This document shows positions 9,947 through 19,862 of a stretch of 64,000 nucleotides of DNA, in pieces. Source of the stretch: a virus; IMG/VR virus record IMGVR_UViG_3300042261_001430, positions 6,589-70,588 of that record, one strand, 5' to 3'. Within the stretch, counting starts at the first letter, position 1. The number at the start of each line of letters is the position of its first letter. A program made the position numbers and the translations under genes. Below the pieces are notes generated by a model that saw only the letters and a list, made by a program, of their open reading frames with translations, did no database searches and was not told the DNA's origin.

Positions 9947-10328
9947 CTGTGGATGGAAGGAAGGGTGTGGATGCTTAAGCCTTTTCCAATCAAAATATTG
10001 CGCGCGAGATACTGGAAATCCAGATGTTTGTTCCGAGAATTGTAAGAAAATTTCAAGGGAGAAAATGGAGGAACTGTCAGATTTTATTCATGACATGTGG
10101 ACTCGTTGGATGACGGTCCTGTTTCAGAGATGTACTAAAAAGACAGAAGATGGCGAGGTAATGTCCCTGATAAACGATGATGGTACCGTTACGATTCCAA
10201 AGTGGGCGGTTGACCGTTGGATGAGGCAGATGTATACTGATTATGAGAACTTGCCTGAATGTGAAAAGGACACGGATCGAATTGAGGCAAAAAGAATTAT
10301 GAAAATCATGAATTTTCGGGAGTGGTAG
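9927..10328 (+). CDS. hypothetical viral protein
   Basis: HDMWTRWM...RWMRQMYTDYENLPECEKDTDR. Confidence 0.6.
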   Translation: MLSMKDNCGWKEGCGCLSLFQSKYCARDTGNPDVCSENCKKISREKMEELSDFIHDMWTRWMTVLFQRCTKKTEDGEVMSLINDDGTVTIPKWAVDRWMRQMYTDYENLPECEKDTDRIEAKRIMKIMNFREW

Positions 10329-10329
10329 T

Positions 10330-10773
10330 TTGTCAAGAAATTATATTAGCAAAGCAAAAGAAGTTGGAGAGTTGGTCACAAAGAAGCAAATTCAGTACGG
10401 CGATTCATTTGGGAATGCTCACCATGTATTGAAGGTTTTATATCCTGACGGAGTTAAACCAGAACAGTACAAAGATTTTCTTACCGTTACACGGGTGATC
10501 GATAAGTTATTTCGGATAGCAAATGGAGATCAGGGTGGAGAGTCGGCATGGTCAGATATATGTGGATATAGTCTCTTGGCAATTACTCCTGAAGAAGAAT
10601 CAAAGAAGTTCAAAGTCTCTGACCTGAAGGCACAAATTAAGATTGTTTGTAATAATGATGATGAATGCAGTTTGGATAAAGCATGTGAGCGTGAAATTAT
10701 ACGCATGGTTGACAATCACATAAGGAAGCAAGTTGCATTTCACGATCATAAGGATTATAGTTTAGGAAATTAA
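10330..10773 (+). CDS. DUF1599/Nmad1-like nucleotide-modification-associated domain protein
   Basis: KKQIQYGDSF...RVIDKLFRIA...ESAWSDICGYSLL pattern. Confidence 0.6.
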   Translation: MSRNYISKAKEVGELVTKKQIQYGDSFGNAHHVLKVLYPDGVKPEQYKDFLTVTRVIDKLFRIANGDQGGESAWSDICGYSLLAITPEEESKKFKVSDLKAQIKIVCNNDDECSLDKACEREIIRMVDNHIRKQVAFHDHKDYSLGN

Positions 10774-10792
10774 TGATTTTTGGTGAATATTA

Positions 10793-11314
10793 ATGAGCAA
10801 GAGAAAAAGTGAGGATGCTTCCGAGGATATTGAACCGGTAGTGAATAGTATATCAAAATCAAAAATGGGAATATCTGACATAATAGGTGACATTGTAAAA
10901 AACAAACCGGAAAAGATCATAAAAAAGGGCATCAATTATGATACAATTATTTCTAATGGTGGGTGCAGTGGTACAACACGATTAGAGGACGTTATTCGTT
11001 CTAAATCCATTGAAAGAACGCATGGTAAGTGGGTATCTTCTCAACGTATTTATGATGATGTATTGATGGCTGTTCAGAAACTCGATATGAACGATGCATT
11101 TCCAAGTAAATTAATTGTCAGTCGTAATACGTTAAAGATAATTAATAAGATAAAGTATCCATTGGGTCTCCCTTATTGGTGGGTTTTAGGTGCAATTTTT
11201 GGCAAGTCGTTATCAGATCCAAAACTTAGTGAATTTATTGTAGTTACCGATATTCCTGATAGCATAGCAGTTGTGTCTGGTGGGAATGATTTTGTTGTTA
11301 TCGAGATAGACTAA
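10793..11314 (+). CDS. hypothetical protein; C-terminal half resembles an HK97-fold capsid/encapsulin A-domain
   Basis: W....IYDDVLMAVQKL..FPSKLIVS...IVVTDIPDSIAVV (by-eye similarity only). Confidence 0.4.
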   Translation: MSKRKSEDASEDIEPVVNSISKSKMGISDIIGDIVKNKPEKIIKKGINYDTIISNGGCSGTTRLEDVIRSKSIERTHGKWVSSQRIYDDVLMAVQKLDMNDAFPSKLIVSRNTLKIINKIKYPLGLPYWWVLGAIFGKSLSDPKLSEFIVVTDIPDSIAVVSGGNDFVVIEID

Positions 11315-11355
11315 ATAGGAAAAACCTTATAAAAATAATTTTTGGTGGAATAATA

Positions 11356-12741
11356 TTGTACGAAGATATTGAAAGTGAAATTGAAGTTGAAGGATGCAGT
11401 ATTGAGATTGATAATATTGAAGAGTGTCTTGTAAAAGCCCAACGAGGAAAGGGAATAGTAAGTGTCAATGCTCAGAAATTTGCAGATAAGTTTTTAAGAA
11501 GGCATCCTACAATTTGTGTAATTGAATCAAAAGAAATACTAACTTATGTTAATGGAAAATATATAGCAAACGGGAAAGAACTTATCCACCAATCTTTAGT
11601 TGCTTCGCTAGCGCCTTATGAAAAAGTTGATGGTGAAGCTGCATATAGTACATATCTATTTAGAGAAGTGTTGGATATTATAAAGGGTATGACATATATA
11701 CATGCAAGCGATATTGATGCTGATTTGAATGTTATAAATGTACAAAATGGATTGTTAAATTGGAGAACGTTGGAACTGATCCCACACTCACCATATTATT
11801 ACAGTCGCATTCAACATCCCATAATGTATGATCCTAAAGCTGAGTGTCCGTCAATTGAAAAAATATTTAATACTGTCTTGCGGAGCGAGGATTATTTTAA
11901 GGCTCTTGAATTTATTGCTTACTGTTTATATCGGGCGTATCCCATTCAAAAGGCGTTCATTTTGCTTGGTCCTGGTGGTACAGGAAAAACTCAGTTCATT
12001 GATATTGTTTGTAGGTTGCTGGGTGCTGAAAATGTATCGTCAACTTCGATGCACGACTTAGAGACAGATAGGTTTGCAACAAGTGATTTATTTAATAAGT
12101 GCCTGAATCAGTTTGGTGATATGGAACAGACGGTTTTACCGAACGTGAACATATTAAAAATGTTGACATCTGGTAAGGATAGGGTTAGGGCACAACGAAA
12201 GCGGGAGCACCCATTTGACTTTGTGAATTTTGCCAAGTTTTTGATGGCTACCAATAAGCTTCCATATGTTAAGGACGATACGACTGGATTCTATCGTAGA
12301 ATAGAAATTTTACCATTTGATCATGTCTTTACTGAAGCTGAGAAGGATCAGGCCCTTCTTGATGCAGCTACATCAAGTGAAGAGCTTAGCGGTTTATTGA
12401 ACATGGTGATTCCACATTTGGATGTCTTAATAAGCAGGGGGAACTTTTCAAACTCGTTCACTGTTACCGATGCCAAAATGAAGTACAAGGCGGCATCTGA
12501 CCCAATAGGAACCTTTGTAGAGGAGCATATTGAAGAGGTTGCTGGCGAAATGGCATCAAAAGACGATGTGTATGAAGCGTATCGCGCATTTTGCATCCAA
12601 CATGAGATTCAAGATCCATTATGTAAGTCATGGTTTGGTAGGCAGTTCGCGAAGCAAATAGCATACTGGAAAAAAGATGGTATTCGAAATGTCAATGGAG
12701 AATTAAAAACCGTTTGGCTAAATATGCGATTACTTGCATAA
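11356..12741 (+). CDS. D5/P4-family SF3 helicase (no primase domain)
   Basis: D5_N-like INVQNGLL, Walker A GPGGTGKT, ATNKLP, GFYRRI, C-terminal wHTH. Confidence 0.9.
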   Translation: MYEDIESEIEVEGCSIEIDNIEECLVKAQRGKGIVSVNAQKFADKFLRRHPTICVIESKEILTYVNGKYIANGKELIHQSLVASLAPYEKVDGEAAYSTYLFREVLDIIKGMTYIHASDIDADLNVINVQNGLLNWRTLELIPHSPYYYSRIQHPIMYDPKAECPSIEKIFNTVLRSEDYFKALEFIAYCLYRAYPIQKAFILLGPGGTGKTQFIDIVCRLLGAENVSSTSMHDLETDRFATSDLFNKCLNQFGDMEQTVLPNVNILKMLTSGKDRVRAQRKREHPFDFVNFAKFLMATNKLPYVKDDTTGFYRRIEILPFDHVFTEAEKDQALLDAATSSEELSGLLNMVIPHLDVLISRGNFSNSFTVTDAKMKYKAASDPIGTFVEEHIEEVAGEMASKDDVYEAYRAFCIQHEIQDPLCKSWFGRQFAKQIAYWKKDGIRNVNGELKTVWLNMRLLA

Positions 12742-13145
12742 TATTTTTTTCAAGTAGGGGGACTATTTTGAAAGAGTATATTAAGACGACCAGAAGCGAT
12801 TCTGAAAAATATTCGAATTGTAATAATATTGAATGGAATGGCTTTACATCATTTTTTCCTCATGTTCAATCCCGCATGACCATAGTATCTGCCTTATATA
12901 GCATTTATGACACTGTTAGATATTTATCAATCTTCTCTGATGATTATGATGAGATAATTAATATAATAAATCTTGAATATGGAGATCTGGGAAACCAGCT
13001 TGGAAAAATATGGATGAAGATTGGATATAATAAGGTTGATAATGCTGTAATTGATATCTCAAGTAGCACCAAGATTGTACTGGCGAGCAATGCCGGTTTT
13101 ATAAAAAACATGAGGGAAAGATTCAGCGCACCGCAAGCTATTTAA
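12714..13145 (+). CDS. hypothetical protein
   Basis: 143-aa ORF; start uncertain. Confidence 0.45.
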   Translation: MAKYAITCIIFFSSRGTILKEYIKTTRSDSEKYSNCNNIEWNGFTSFFPHVQSRMTIVSALYSIYDTVRYLSIFSDDYDEIINIINLEYGDLGNQLGKIWMKIGYNKVDNAVIDISSSTKIVLASNAGFIKNMRERFSAPQAI

Positions 13146-13169
13146 CCTACTAGATCTATATTGTGATGT

Positions 13170-13787
13170 ATGGAAAAGATATTGTGTAGAACGGTCACAG
13201 GGTCTCATATGTGGGGAGATGAGAAACCCACGTCGGATCTTGATATTTCGGAGGTCTATGTGGTTCCTACAAAGACAATTTTGGAAGGAAGGCCATATGA
13301 TAAGACAAGACCACAGACAAAGAGTATAATCGCAGTACGCGATGTCGAAACAACATATTGGGAAGTGGGGCACCTTGTTGGCCAGCTTCTGAAAGGCAAT
13401 CAGAATGCTATTTGGGCGGTATGCAGTCCAAAAGTACTATGGACATGCCCCGAACATCGAGTGTTGGATGTCATCGTTCGTGAGAATGTAGCTAAGTGTA
13501 CATATCATTCAATCAAGGGGATGGCTACTTCGCAGTGGAAGGATGCCACCAAGAGGGGCCTTGGCATAAAGGGAATACGGTCCGCTTGGAGAACTGCTAA
13601 TTTCGGGTGCGACCTTCTCACGTTTGGTACTGTTGCATTTAATCGTACACCTGATTGGGTCGATGAGGAAGCACTTACCAAAAAGATGTATTTGCTGGAT
13701 CAAGCGTATGAGTCGAGTATGTTGCCTGAAAAACCAAACCCAGAACCGTTCTATGAGTTCATGTACAATCTTAGGTTAAATAGGTGA
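13170..13787 (+). CDS. Pol-beta superfamily nucleotidyltransferase (Nuc-transf/RlaP-like)
   Basis: TGSHMWG...SDLDISEVYV, WEVGHLVGQLLKGNQNA. Confidence 0.75.
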   Translation: MEKILCRTVTGSHMWGDEKPTSDLDISEVYVVPTKTILEGRPYDKTRPQTKSIIAVRDVETTYWEVGHLVGQLLKGNQNAIWAVCSPKVLWTCPEHRVLDVIVRENVAKCTYHSIKGMATSQWKDATKRGLGIKGIRSAWRTANFGCDLLTFGTVAFNRTPDWVDEEALTKKMYLLDQAYESSMLPEKPNPEPFYEFMYNLRLNR

Positions 13788-13793
13788 ATTTGA

Positions 13794-14087
13794 ATGAGAT
13801 GTTTAATGGCGATTGCCGCGATATTTATACTTTCGTGTGGTATTGGGATATGTGCGATTAGCCCTGATGTAAGTCTTGTCGCGAAAAACGTTACGATATT
13901 GCAACCGACATTCACTATGGGCACGTATCACGATTTTTTAGTGATTAGTGATGCTGTTGTTGTTAATGAGACTGAAAACTTCGTGCTCGTCAAATATTCC
14001 TTCATAGAATATGGAATTACCCATGATGATGTCATACACCGTGAAAAGTGGATTGGTAAAGGCTGGATATATTCTATAGACAGCTAA
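13794..14087 (+). CDS. small exported protein
   Basis: N-terminal signal-like hydrophobic stretch; followed by an oligo-T terminator. Confidence 0.5.
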   Translation: MRCLMAIAAIFILSCGIGICAISPDVSLVAKNVTILQPTFTMGTYHDFLVISDAVVVNETENFVLVKYSFIEYGITHDDVIHREKWIGKGWIYSIDS

Positions 14088-14152
14088 TTTTCTCTTTTTT
14101 TGTTCTTTTTTCAGGCAAAACCTTTATATGCTTTGAAAGCCTATAGTGTTTT

Positions 14153-14398
14153 ATGTTATACCTATCTGAGCAGTCTTTGAGATTGTTCTTGGCGTATGCT
14201 GAGGATGCCGAAAATTGGGCCGGAACACCTTTAGTTGATGGAAATGTCAGAGGATCAAAGGAAGGTCGGGGAAATCTCACTGACTTAAAAAAGAAGGGAT
14301 TGATTACCACATTTCAACACAACAAAGAGATGTTTGTTGAGTTCACTGATGCTGGAATAGAACTTGCGAAGGAACATGGTATTATAATTGAGGAGTGA
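14153..14398 (+). CDS. small winged-helix-like protein (probably leaderless)
   Basis: LTDLKKKGLI...FTDAGIELA; ATG 30 nt after the TATA box. Confidence 0.6.
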   Translation: MLYLSEQSLRLFLAYAEDAENWAGTPLVDGNVRGSKEGRGNLTDLKKKGLITTFQHNKEMFVEFTDAGIELAKEHGIIIEE

Positions 14399-15579
14399 AA
14401 AATATGATGAAGATTAAGGAAACTGGAAAGCTGCCCATATATTCTTGGGCGTCTTATATTGAGGATGGGGCTGAGGCGCAGGCCATGAATCTAGCCTTAC
14501 ATCCTTTTACTGTTAATCACGTTGCCCTGATGCCGGACTGCCATTCGGGCTACGGGATGCCTATTGGTGGGGTAATTGCCACTAAGGGTGTAATTATCCC
14601 CAATGCTGTAGGTGTCGATATTGGATGTGGGATGCGCGCGGTACGCACTAATCTGAGGGAGCTTGATGTTTCGACCATTATCAAGATAGTGGAAAAGATA
14701 CAGGAGACCATTCCAGTTGGACATAATCACAACAAGGATGCTTTCCCCTTGATGATGCCTGAGAGGCCCAAGGGTGAGCTTGAAGTTGTCGAGAAGGAAT
14801 ATGATTCCGCGTGTCATCAGATAGGCACCTTGGGCGGTGGGAATCACTTTATAGAGCTTCAGAAGAGTTCTTTAGGTGATATTTGGATAATGGTCCATTC
14901 CGGAAGCCGGAATATAGGAAAGAAGGTTGCTGACCACTATCAGACCATCGCGAGGAAGTATACCGAGGAGTCTGATAATCCAATCCCAAAGGCGTGGGAG
15001 CTGGACTTTCTGCCTATGACCAGCATTGGTGATGTAGAGAGTCTTGGATTTAAGTACAAGAAGGAGATGCAATATTGTTTGGCATTCGCGAAGGCAAATA
15101 GACAGTTCATGATGCTCAGGATTCAAAACATCTTCCGTGAGATGGTGCCTGATGTTGAATTTGTTTGGGAGCATGACATTCATCACAATTATGCAGAGTG
15201 GGACCATATCGATGGAAAGTCCGTGTACATCCACAGGAAGGGTGCTACCTCCGCAAAGAAGGATCAGATGGGCATCATCCCTGGTTCGCAGGGGACTGCT
15301 TCGTATATTGTAGAGGGTCGTGGAAATCCGCAGTCTTTCCAGTCTTGTTCTCATGGTAGCGGGCGCAAGATGGGGAGAAATGAGGCAAAGAGGAAGCTGA
15401 GCCTTGATGAGCAGATGGCAATTCTCGATGAAAAGGGGATTGTTCATGGAATGAAGTCCGTCGCGAAGTTGGATGAAGCTCCAGGAGCTTACAAGGATAT
15501 TGAGGAAGTAATGGAGAATCAGGCAGACTTGGTAAAGAAGATCGTGAGATTGGAACCGATAGCAGTAATCAAGGGATGA
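14395..15579 (+). CDS. rtcB: RtcB RNA ligase (bacterial-type)
   Basis: MPDCHSGYG, VGVDIGCG, GTLGGGNHFIE, HSGSR, HHNY, HRKGAT, IPGSQG, SHGSGR, DEAPGAYK. Confidence 0.97.
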   Translation: MKNMMKIKETGKLPIYSWASYIEDGAEAQAMNLALHPFTVNHVALMPDCHSGYGMPIGGVIATKGVIIPNAVGVDIGCGMRAVRTNLRELDVSTIIKIVEKIQETIPVGHNHNKDAFPLMMPERPKGELEVVEKEYDSACHQIGTLGGGNHFIELQKSSLGDIWIMVHSGSRNIGKKVADHYQTIARKYTEESDNPIPKAWELDFLPMTSIGDVESLGFKYKKEMQYCLAFAKANRQFMMLRIQNIFREMVPDVEFVWEHDIHHNYAEWDHIDGKSVYIHRKGATSAKKDQMGIIPGSQGTASYIVEGRGNPQSFQSCSHGSGRKMGRNEAKRKLSLDEQMAILDEKGIVHGMKSVAKLDEAPGAYKDIEEVMENQADLVKKIVRLEPIAVIKG

Positions 15580-15638
15580 GGCTATGCTTCCTGAAAAATG
15601 CCCAGCCTGCGGATCTTATTTTTTTGGCCGAATAGGTC

Positions 15639-15974
15639 ATGATATGGTATGCTTGTCGTGTAACGTGGTTTTGGAGGATTTTGATGAAGAAGAAAGAACT
15701 TGTTGAACAGGATGTATATTATTGTGATATTTGCGGTAAAAAAATCAAACACTACCATAAATGTGATTATTGTGGTAAAGAGGTATGCAGTGAGCACAGC
15801 GGTCTCTCTTTTAGTGAGGAGGAAGATACTTGCCTAGAGTGTTGCAAGTTGTCATATACTCAGCGCCAAAAGAAGTATCAACAACAACACTGCAAGCATA
15901 ATCATATAGAGCGTTCCGGTGGCAAATTTACTTGTACTGATTGCGGAATGTTGATCATGGATATGCGGGAGTAG
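15639..15974 (+). CDS. Cys-rich Zn-finger protein
   Basis: CDICG..CDYCGKEVCSEH..CLEC..CTDCG. Confidence 0.55.
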   Translation: MIWYACRVTWFWRILMKKKELVEQDVYYCDICGKKIKHYHKCDYCGKEVCSEHSGLSFSEEEDTCLECCKLSYTQRQKKYQQQHCKHNHIERSGGKFTCTDCGMLIMDMRE

Positions 15975-16110
15975 ATTAAATAACATATTGTTGTGGCATA
16001 AATCCATGTGGGGGACTTTATATTTTTCCCAATGAGTTCCATGATGTTAGAGATCCTAGATTTTTGCCTGCGGCTGTTTTTGATTGTAGAATAGAAGGTT
16101 GTAAAGGAAA

Positions 16111-16467
16111 ATGTTGTATGAGCGAGGTATTTTTATGAAGAGAGTGGTTGTTTCAAATGATGCAAAAGAATTTGAGTATGTTGATGATGTTGATTATGAT
16201 AATAAGTTTGTTTTTATTCTATTAGGTGATGATATCGGTCGGCTCGATTTCAGGGGAGATTCACGAAAATATTACATGTACTGTATCACACGGGTAAGGT
16301 CTTATCCTTGGAACATTCAGTTTTACGATACGGCACGAGAATGTGTGAATATCGCAATCAATAGAGGTGCTACAGTATTTAGCTTCGATACATCCCAAGA
16401 AGCAATTGCGTGGATGTATGAAACATCGAAACTCTTAAATATCAAGAAAGGCAAGTATATGATATGA
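16111..16467 (+). CDS. hypothetical protein
   Basis: Stop overlaps the CCA start (ATGA). Confidence 0.55.
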   Translation: MLYERGIFMKRVVVSNDAKEFEYVDDVDYDNKFVFILLGDDIGRLDFRGDSRKYYMYCITRVRSYPWNIQFYDTARECVNIAINRGATVFSFDTSQEAIAWMYETSKLLNIKKGKYMI

Positions 16468-17819
16468 GTGTAGAACTTGCAAGAAAGATTGCCGCTGAAG
16501 TTGATAAGGTGGGCGGTAGTTCATACTTTACGGGTGGGTTTGCCCGTGATAAAATAATGGGAAAGTCCAATAAGGATATCGATATCGAGGTATACGGTCT
16601 TTGGCCGGAGGAACTTCGGGATCTTCTTAAGGGATTTGGTAAAAAGGTTGTTCTCGTTGGGGAATCCTTTGGTGTGTTCAAGATTGACGACCTCGATGTT
16701 GCAATTCCGAGGAAGGAAAAATCAACAGGCAGAAGCCACACTTCAATAGAGGTAGATTCAGATCCGTTCCTTGAACCAGAAGTCGCCGCGAGGAGAAGAG
16801 ACTTTACCAGAAATGCGATCATGATAAATGTGCTCACTGGTGATGTTCTTGATTTCTTTGGTGGCATACAAGACATCAGGGATAATATGGTCAGGATGAT
16901 CGACGAAAAGACATTTGTGGAAGATCCACTTAGATTTATCAGAGCTGCCAAGTTTGCCGCGAGGGATAATCTTATCATAAGCCATAAGACCGTACAGGCC
17001 ATCCAGAGGAACCGGATGGATGTAAAGAACCTTCCTATTGAAAGGGTGTTTGGTGAGGTTAGCGCGGTTCTTATGGACTCTCCGAAGCCTTCCTATGGCT
17101 TCTCTGTTATGGATCATCTCAGAGTCATGGAGCTTCTGCTTCCTGAGCTTTGGGTACTGGATTCCGTCGAGCAAAACCCGAAGTTCCATCCAGAAGGCAA
17201 CGTTGGAAACCATTGGCGAAAGACAATCGATTGGTCTCCTGTTGGCCAGAGGACACTGGTTGAGCAGCTTGCTAGGATGTGGCATGATGTAGGCAAGCTG
17301 TACGGTACAAAGAGACATGAAATGATCTCTGTTGATATCATTAAGGAGGCTTTCCCTCTTAGGCTGACCAATAATGCAGAGATCATAGATGAGGTTGTCA
17401 AAATCGTGGGCAACCACATGAAGCTCTACAATGGAAACGTTACGAGGGCGCGGGTAAAAAGGCTTGCATCTAAAGTTGATGTCTACAAAATTGTTGACAT
17501 GTACAGGGCCGATAAATTTAGTCGGGGCCTTGATCCTGAAGGACTTAAAGAAGATGAGGAACACCTTGCTAAAGTAATTAAGACCTTTGAAGATATCAAG
17601 AACGAAGTTGATCCGTTCATATTTGGAAGGGATATTATCGAGATGCGTCCCGACATCAAACCCGGTGAAGTATTTGGAAAAGTACTTAAGAGGGTTTACA
17701 AGGCACAACTTGATGATGAATTTACTGATGTAGATGGTGCCAAAATCTTCCTTAAGAATGTACTCGATGGGCTGCGAAAAGAGGCAGGAAAGTGGGTCAT
17801 GGATGAGGTGGATGAGTGA
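16464..17819 (+). CDS. cca: class II CCA-adding/poly(A) polymerase-family nucleotidyltransferase with HD domain
   Basis: GGFARD..DIDIEV, RRDFTRNA, EDPLRFIRAAKF, ERVFGE, HPEG, WHDVGK, C-terminal KPG..FG..L..AQLD. Confidence 0.9.
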   Translation: MSVELARKIAAEVDKVGGSSYFTGGFARDKIMGKSNKDIDIEVYGLWPEELRDLLKGFGKKVVLVGESFGVFKIDDLDVAIPRKEKSTGRSHTSIEVDSDPFLEPEVAARRRDFTRNAIMINVLTGDVLDFFGGIQDIRDNMVRMIDEKTFVEDPLRFIRAAKFAARDNLIISHKTVQAIQRNRMDVKNLPIERVFGEVSAVLMDSPKPSYGFSVMDHLRVMELLLPELWVLDSVEQNPKFHPEGNVGNHWRKTIDWSPVGQRTLVEQLARMWHDVGKLYGTKRHEMISVDIIKEAFPLRLTNNAEIIDEVVKIVGNHMKLYNGNVTRARVKRLASKVDVYKIVDMYRADKFSRGLDPEGLKEDEEHLAKVIKTFEDIKNEVDPFIFGRDIIEMRPDIKPGEVFGKVLKRVYKAQLDDEFTDVDGAKIFLKNVLDGLRKEAGKWVMDEVDE

Positions 17820-18214
17820 GTAAATTGGCACCATTTGCCAATATTTTTGGCAACACTGTGAAAGCCAGAATTGTCGAGGAATTGATGGCTGATCCCTCCC
17901 AGAAAATCGATATTGGGTTCATTGGGCAATTGTGTTCTTGCTCAAGAAAAACCGTAAGAAAGTATATCAAAGAGCTTGAAAAAGACGGTCTTATCTACTA
18001 TTGTGATGAACACAAAGCCTATGAAGTTGACTTTGAAAAGAAATCGTGGGCGGCTCTTACGTTGTTAGCATTTGCTTTAAACGATGATATCCGTTCGCCA
18101 GAAGAGGAGGATGATGGGTTTTCGTGCTCTTTTGATCGCGGCGTATACGAATATACATCAGGAAGGCCAAGTATCTTTATGCCATTTGTTGTTGAAAGGT
18201 GGGGAAAAGAATGA
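17816..18214 (+). CDS. archaeal-type winged-helix transcription regulator
   Basis: IFGNTVKARIVEEL...CSRKTVRKYIKELEKDGLI. Confidence 0.7.
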   Translation: MSKLAPFANIFGNTVKARIVEELMADPSQKIDIGFIGQLCSCSRKTVRKYIKELEKDGLIYYCDEHKAYEVDFEKKSWAALTLLAFALNDDIRSPEEEDDGFSCSFDRGVYEYTSGRPSIFMPFVVERWGKE

Positions 18215-18621
18215 TAGTGAATACGGAAAAGGTTAAGTACATGATCAGCACTGCCAAGAAGCATCCAAAAATGGTGATAGTAGCACCCTTCAAATGGAGT
18301 CGGGGCGGTAATATCTTCAGCGATGTGTGCAAAGCGATATCCAGAATGAATACGAATAGACACGTAAGCGCGATAGTTATAAATCCCGAAAACATTGAGA
18401 CGTTTTGGATTGGCATCAATGCGAAATGTAGCTCATCGTATGAAGCTCTCAGTAAGTTTGCATTTTTATTCTACCGAGAGAATATAAACGATAGGTCGTG
18501 GCTCGTATACAGCAATGAAGTCCCTGTAGATGCCGCTCTTATCGTGTCGAGCCCGAATGGTGTATATGATACGGACTATCCAGAATACGACGATGCCGCG
18601 ATGATTATAGGAATAACATAA
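18211..18621 (+). CDS. hypothetical protein resembling an HK97-fold capsid A-domain fragment
   Basis: W...NIFSDVCKAISRM..AIVINP...YSNEVPVDAALIV...AAMIIGIT (by eye). Confidence 0.4.
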   Translation: MIVNTEKVKYMISTAKKHPKMVIVAPFKWSRGGNIFSDVCKAISRMNTNRHVSAIVINPENIETFWIGINAKCSSSYEALSKFAFLFYRENINDRSWLVYSNEVPVDAALIVSSPNGVYDTDYPEYDDAAMIIGIT

Positions 18622-18639
18622 AAATTTGGTGATTGAAAA

Positions 18640-18840
18640 GTGATTAGTGAAATTGTTGGCACGGGCTTCCTCTTGGTAGCTCTTATAGCACTGGTATTTA
18701 TGATTAATATAGGGAGGAGTGTTTATAATAATAAAAGCCGTTCCCGTATTATAAATGGAATAGTGTTCATGGTAATGGAGTTTGTGATAGCGATATATAG
18801 CATTGTTATGTCGTGTATCTATTTTGGATTTATAAAGTAG
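18640..18840 (+). CDS. small membrane protein
   Basis: Two hydrophobic segments. Confidence 0.5.
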   Translation: MISEIVGTGFLLVALIALVFMINIGRSVYNNKSRSRIINGIVFMVMEFVIAIYSIVMSCIYFGFIK

Positions 18841-18855
18841 TGGTGTTGATACACT

Positions 18856-19494
18856 GTGACAAAAAAATTCGACTTTAATCCTTTCGTCTGGAGTCCTGAT
18901 GATATCCATAAGTTGGGTAGTGTTGGATCATGGTTTTATGGTATTGTTCGCGATAGTGATGGAAAGCTATCAATCCAAGAAATATATCCAGGGTTGGGGC
19001 ACTCTAATTGTGAAATTGACTTAGACGACGGCGATTTTAAGCCTGTTGATATAAGGGATCAGTTAGCAGATATCGCATCTGATATCATGTATTGGAGTCC
19101 TAAAACATATGAGGCGGATCATCAGAACGAAGAGAAACACGATTTAAGTTATCTTGAAAGTGAAGAAAGCCTTGAAGAATACATCAGTTCGTGCCCTCGC
19201 GAATCAATTGTTGATATATTTGAGGATAATCGTAGTCTATTGTTAAAGCTTCTTGACATGCGATACCTAATCGATTTCTTCATGGATAATAAAGCATTTT
19301 CGTATACCCTTGAAGAAGTAAAAGAGTATATCGACTACATAGGAATCGAGAATGAGTTAGAAAAGCTTATATACTTGGATATTATATGCTTAATGGATAG
19401 TGGCAAGTACAAATTAAATCCACAGAATGAGATCGTTATTGCTCTTCAGAGTATCGATAGACTGATGTCTAAAAGATCAATGGAGATGGTATAG
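18856..19494 (+). CDS. hypothetical protein with C-terminal wHTH-like region
   Basis: LIDFFMDN..SYTLEEV...LEKLIYLDII...KYKLNPQNEIVIAL. Confidence 0.55.
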   Translation: MTKKFDFNPFVWSPDDIHKLGSVGSWFYGIVRDSDGKLSIQEIYPGLGHSNCEIDLDDGDFKPVDIRDQLADIASDIMYWSPKTYEADHQNEEKHDLSYLESEESLEEYISSCPRESIVDIFEDNRSLLLKLLDMRYLIDFFMDNKAFSYTLEEVKEYIDYIGIENELEKLIYLDIICLMDSGKYKLNPQNEIVIALQSIDRLMSKRSMEMV

Positions 19495-19862
19495 TGGTAT
19501 TTACACAAGAAGAAATGCGAATAGGAGAGGCTATATTCCAGAGTATTCAAGCCAATGCCAGTGCAGGCTATGATATATTAGTTTTGGGAACACGAATTGA
19601 CGCTGTTTTGTCAATTATTGTGTTGATAGTAGCTATGATATCTGGTTTTGCGTTCTGGAGGATGGGAAAGAAGCATGTACGGTTAAACAGTGGTAACTAT
19701 TGCTCATCAGACCGTACATTAATTCCTATATGCGGCGGAGCACTTGGTGCTGTAATTACTGGAATTTTCCTCAACTGGATAGCCCATTATGCATTACTGG
19801 CGATAATTCCTGAGTATAGTGTGGTAAGTGACTTCATTAATATTGTAAGTAGGTGTAACTAA
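19494..19862 (+). CDS. membrane protein
   Basis: Two transmembrane-like segments. Confidence 0.55.
   Translation: MVFTQEEMRIGEAIFQSIQANASAGYDILVLGTRIDAVLSIIVLIVAMISGFAFWRMGKKHVRLNSGNYCSSDRTLIPICGGALGAVITGIFLNWIAHYALLAIIPEYSVVSDFINIVSRCN

Noticed and set aside
16758-17834. 358-aa minus-strand ORF
   Set aside because: Antisense shadow of the CCA gene with no recognisable motifs. The same applies to 14872..15447, 2023..2514 and 48045..48692.
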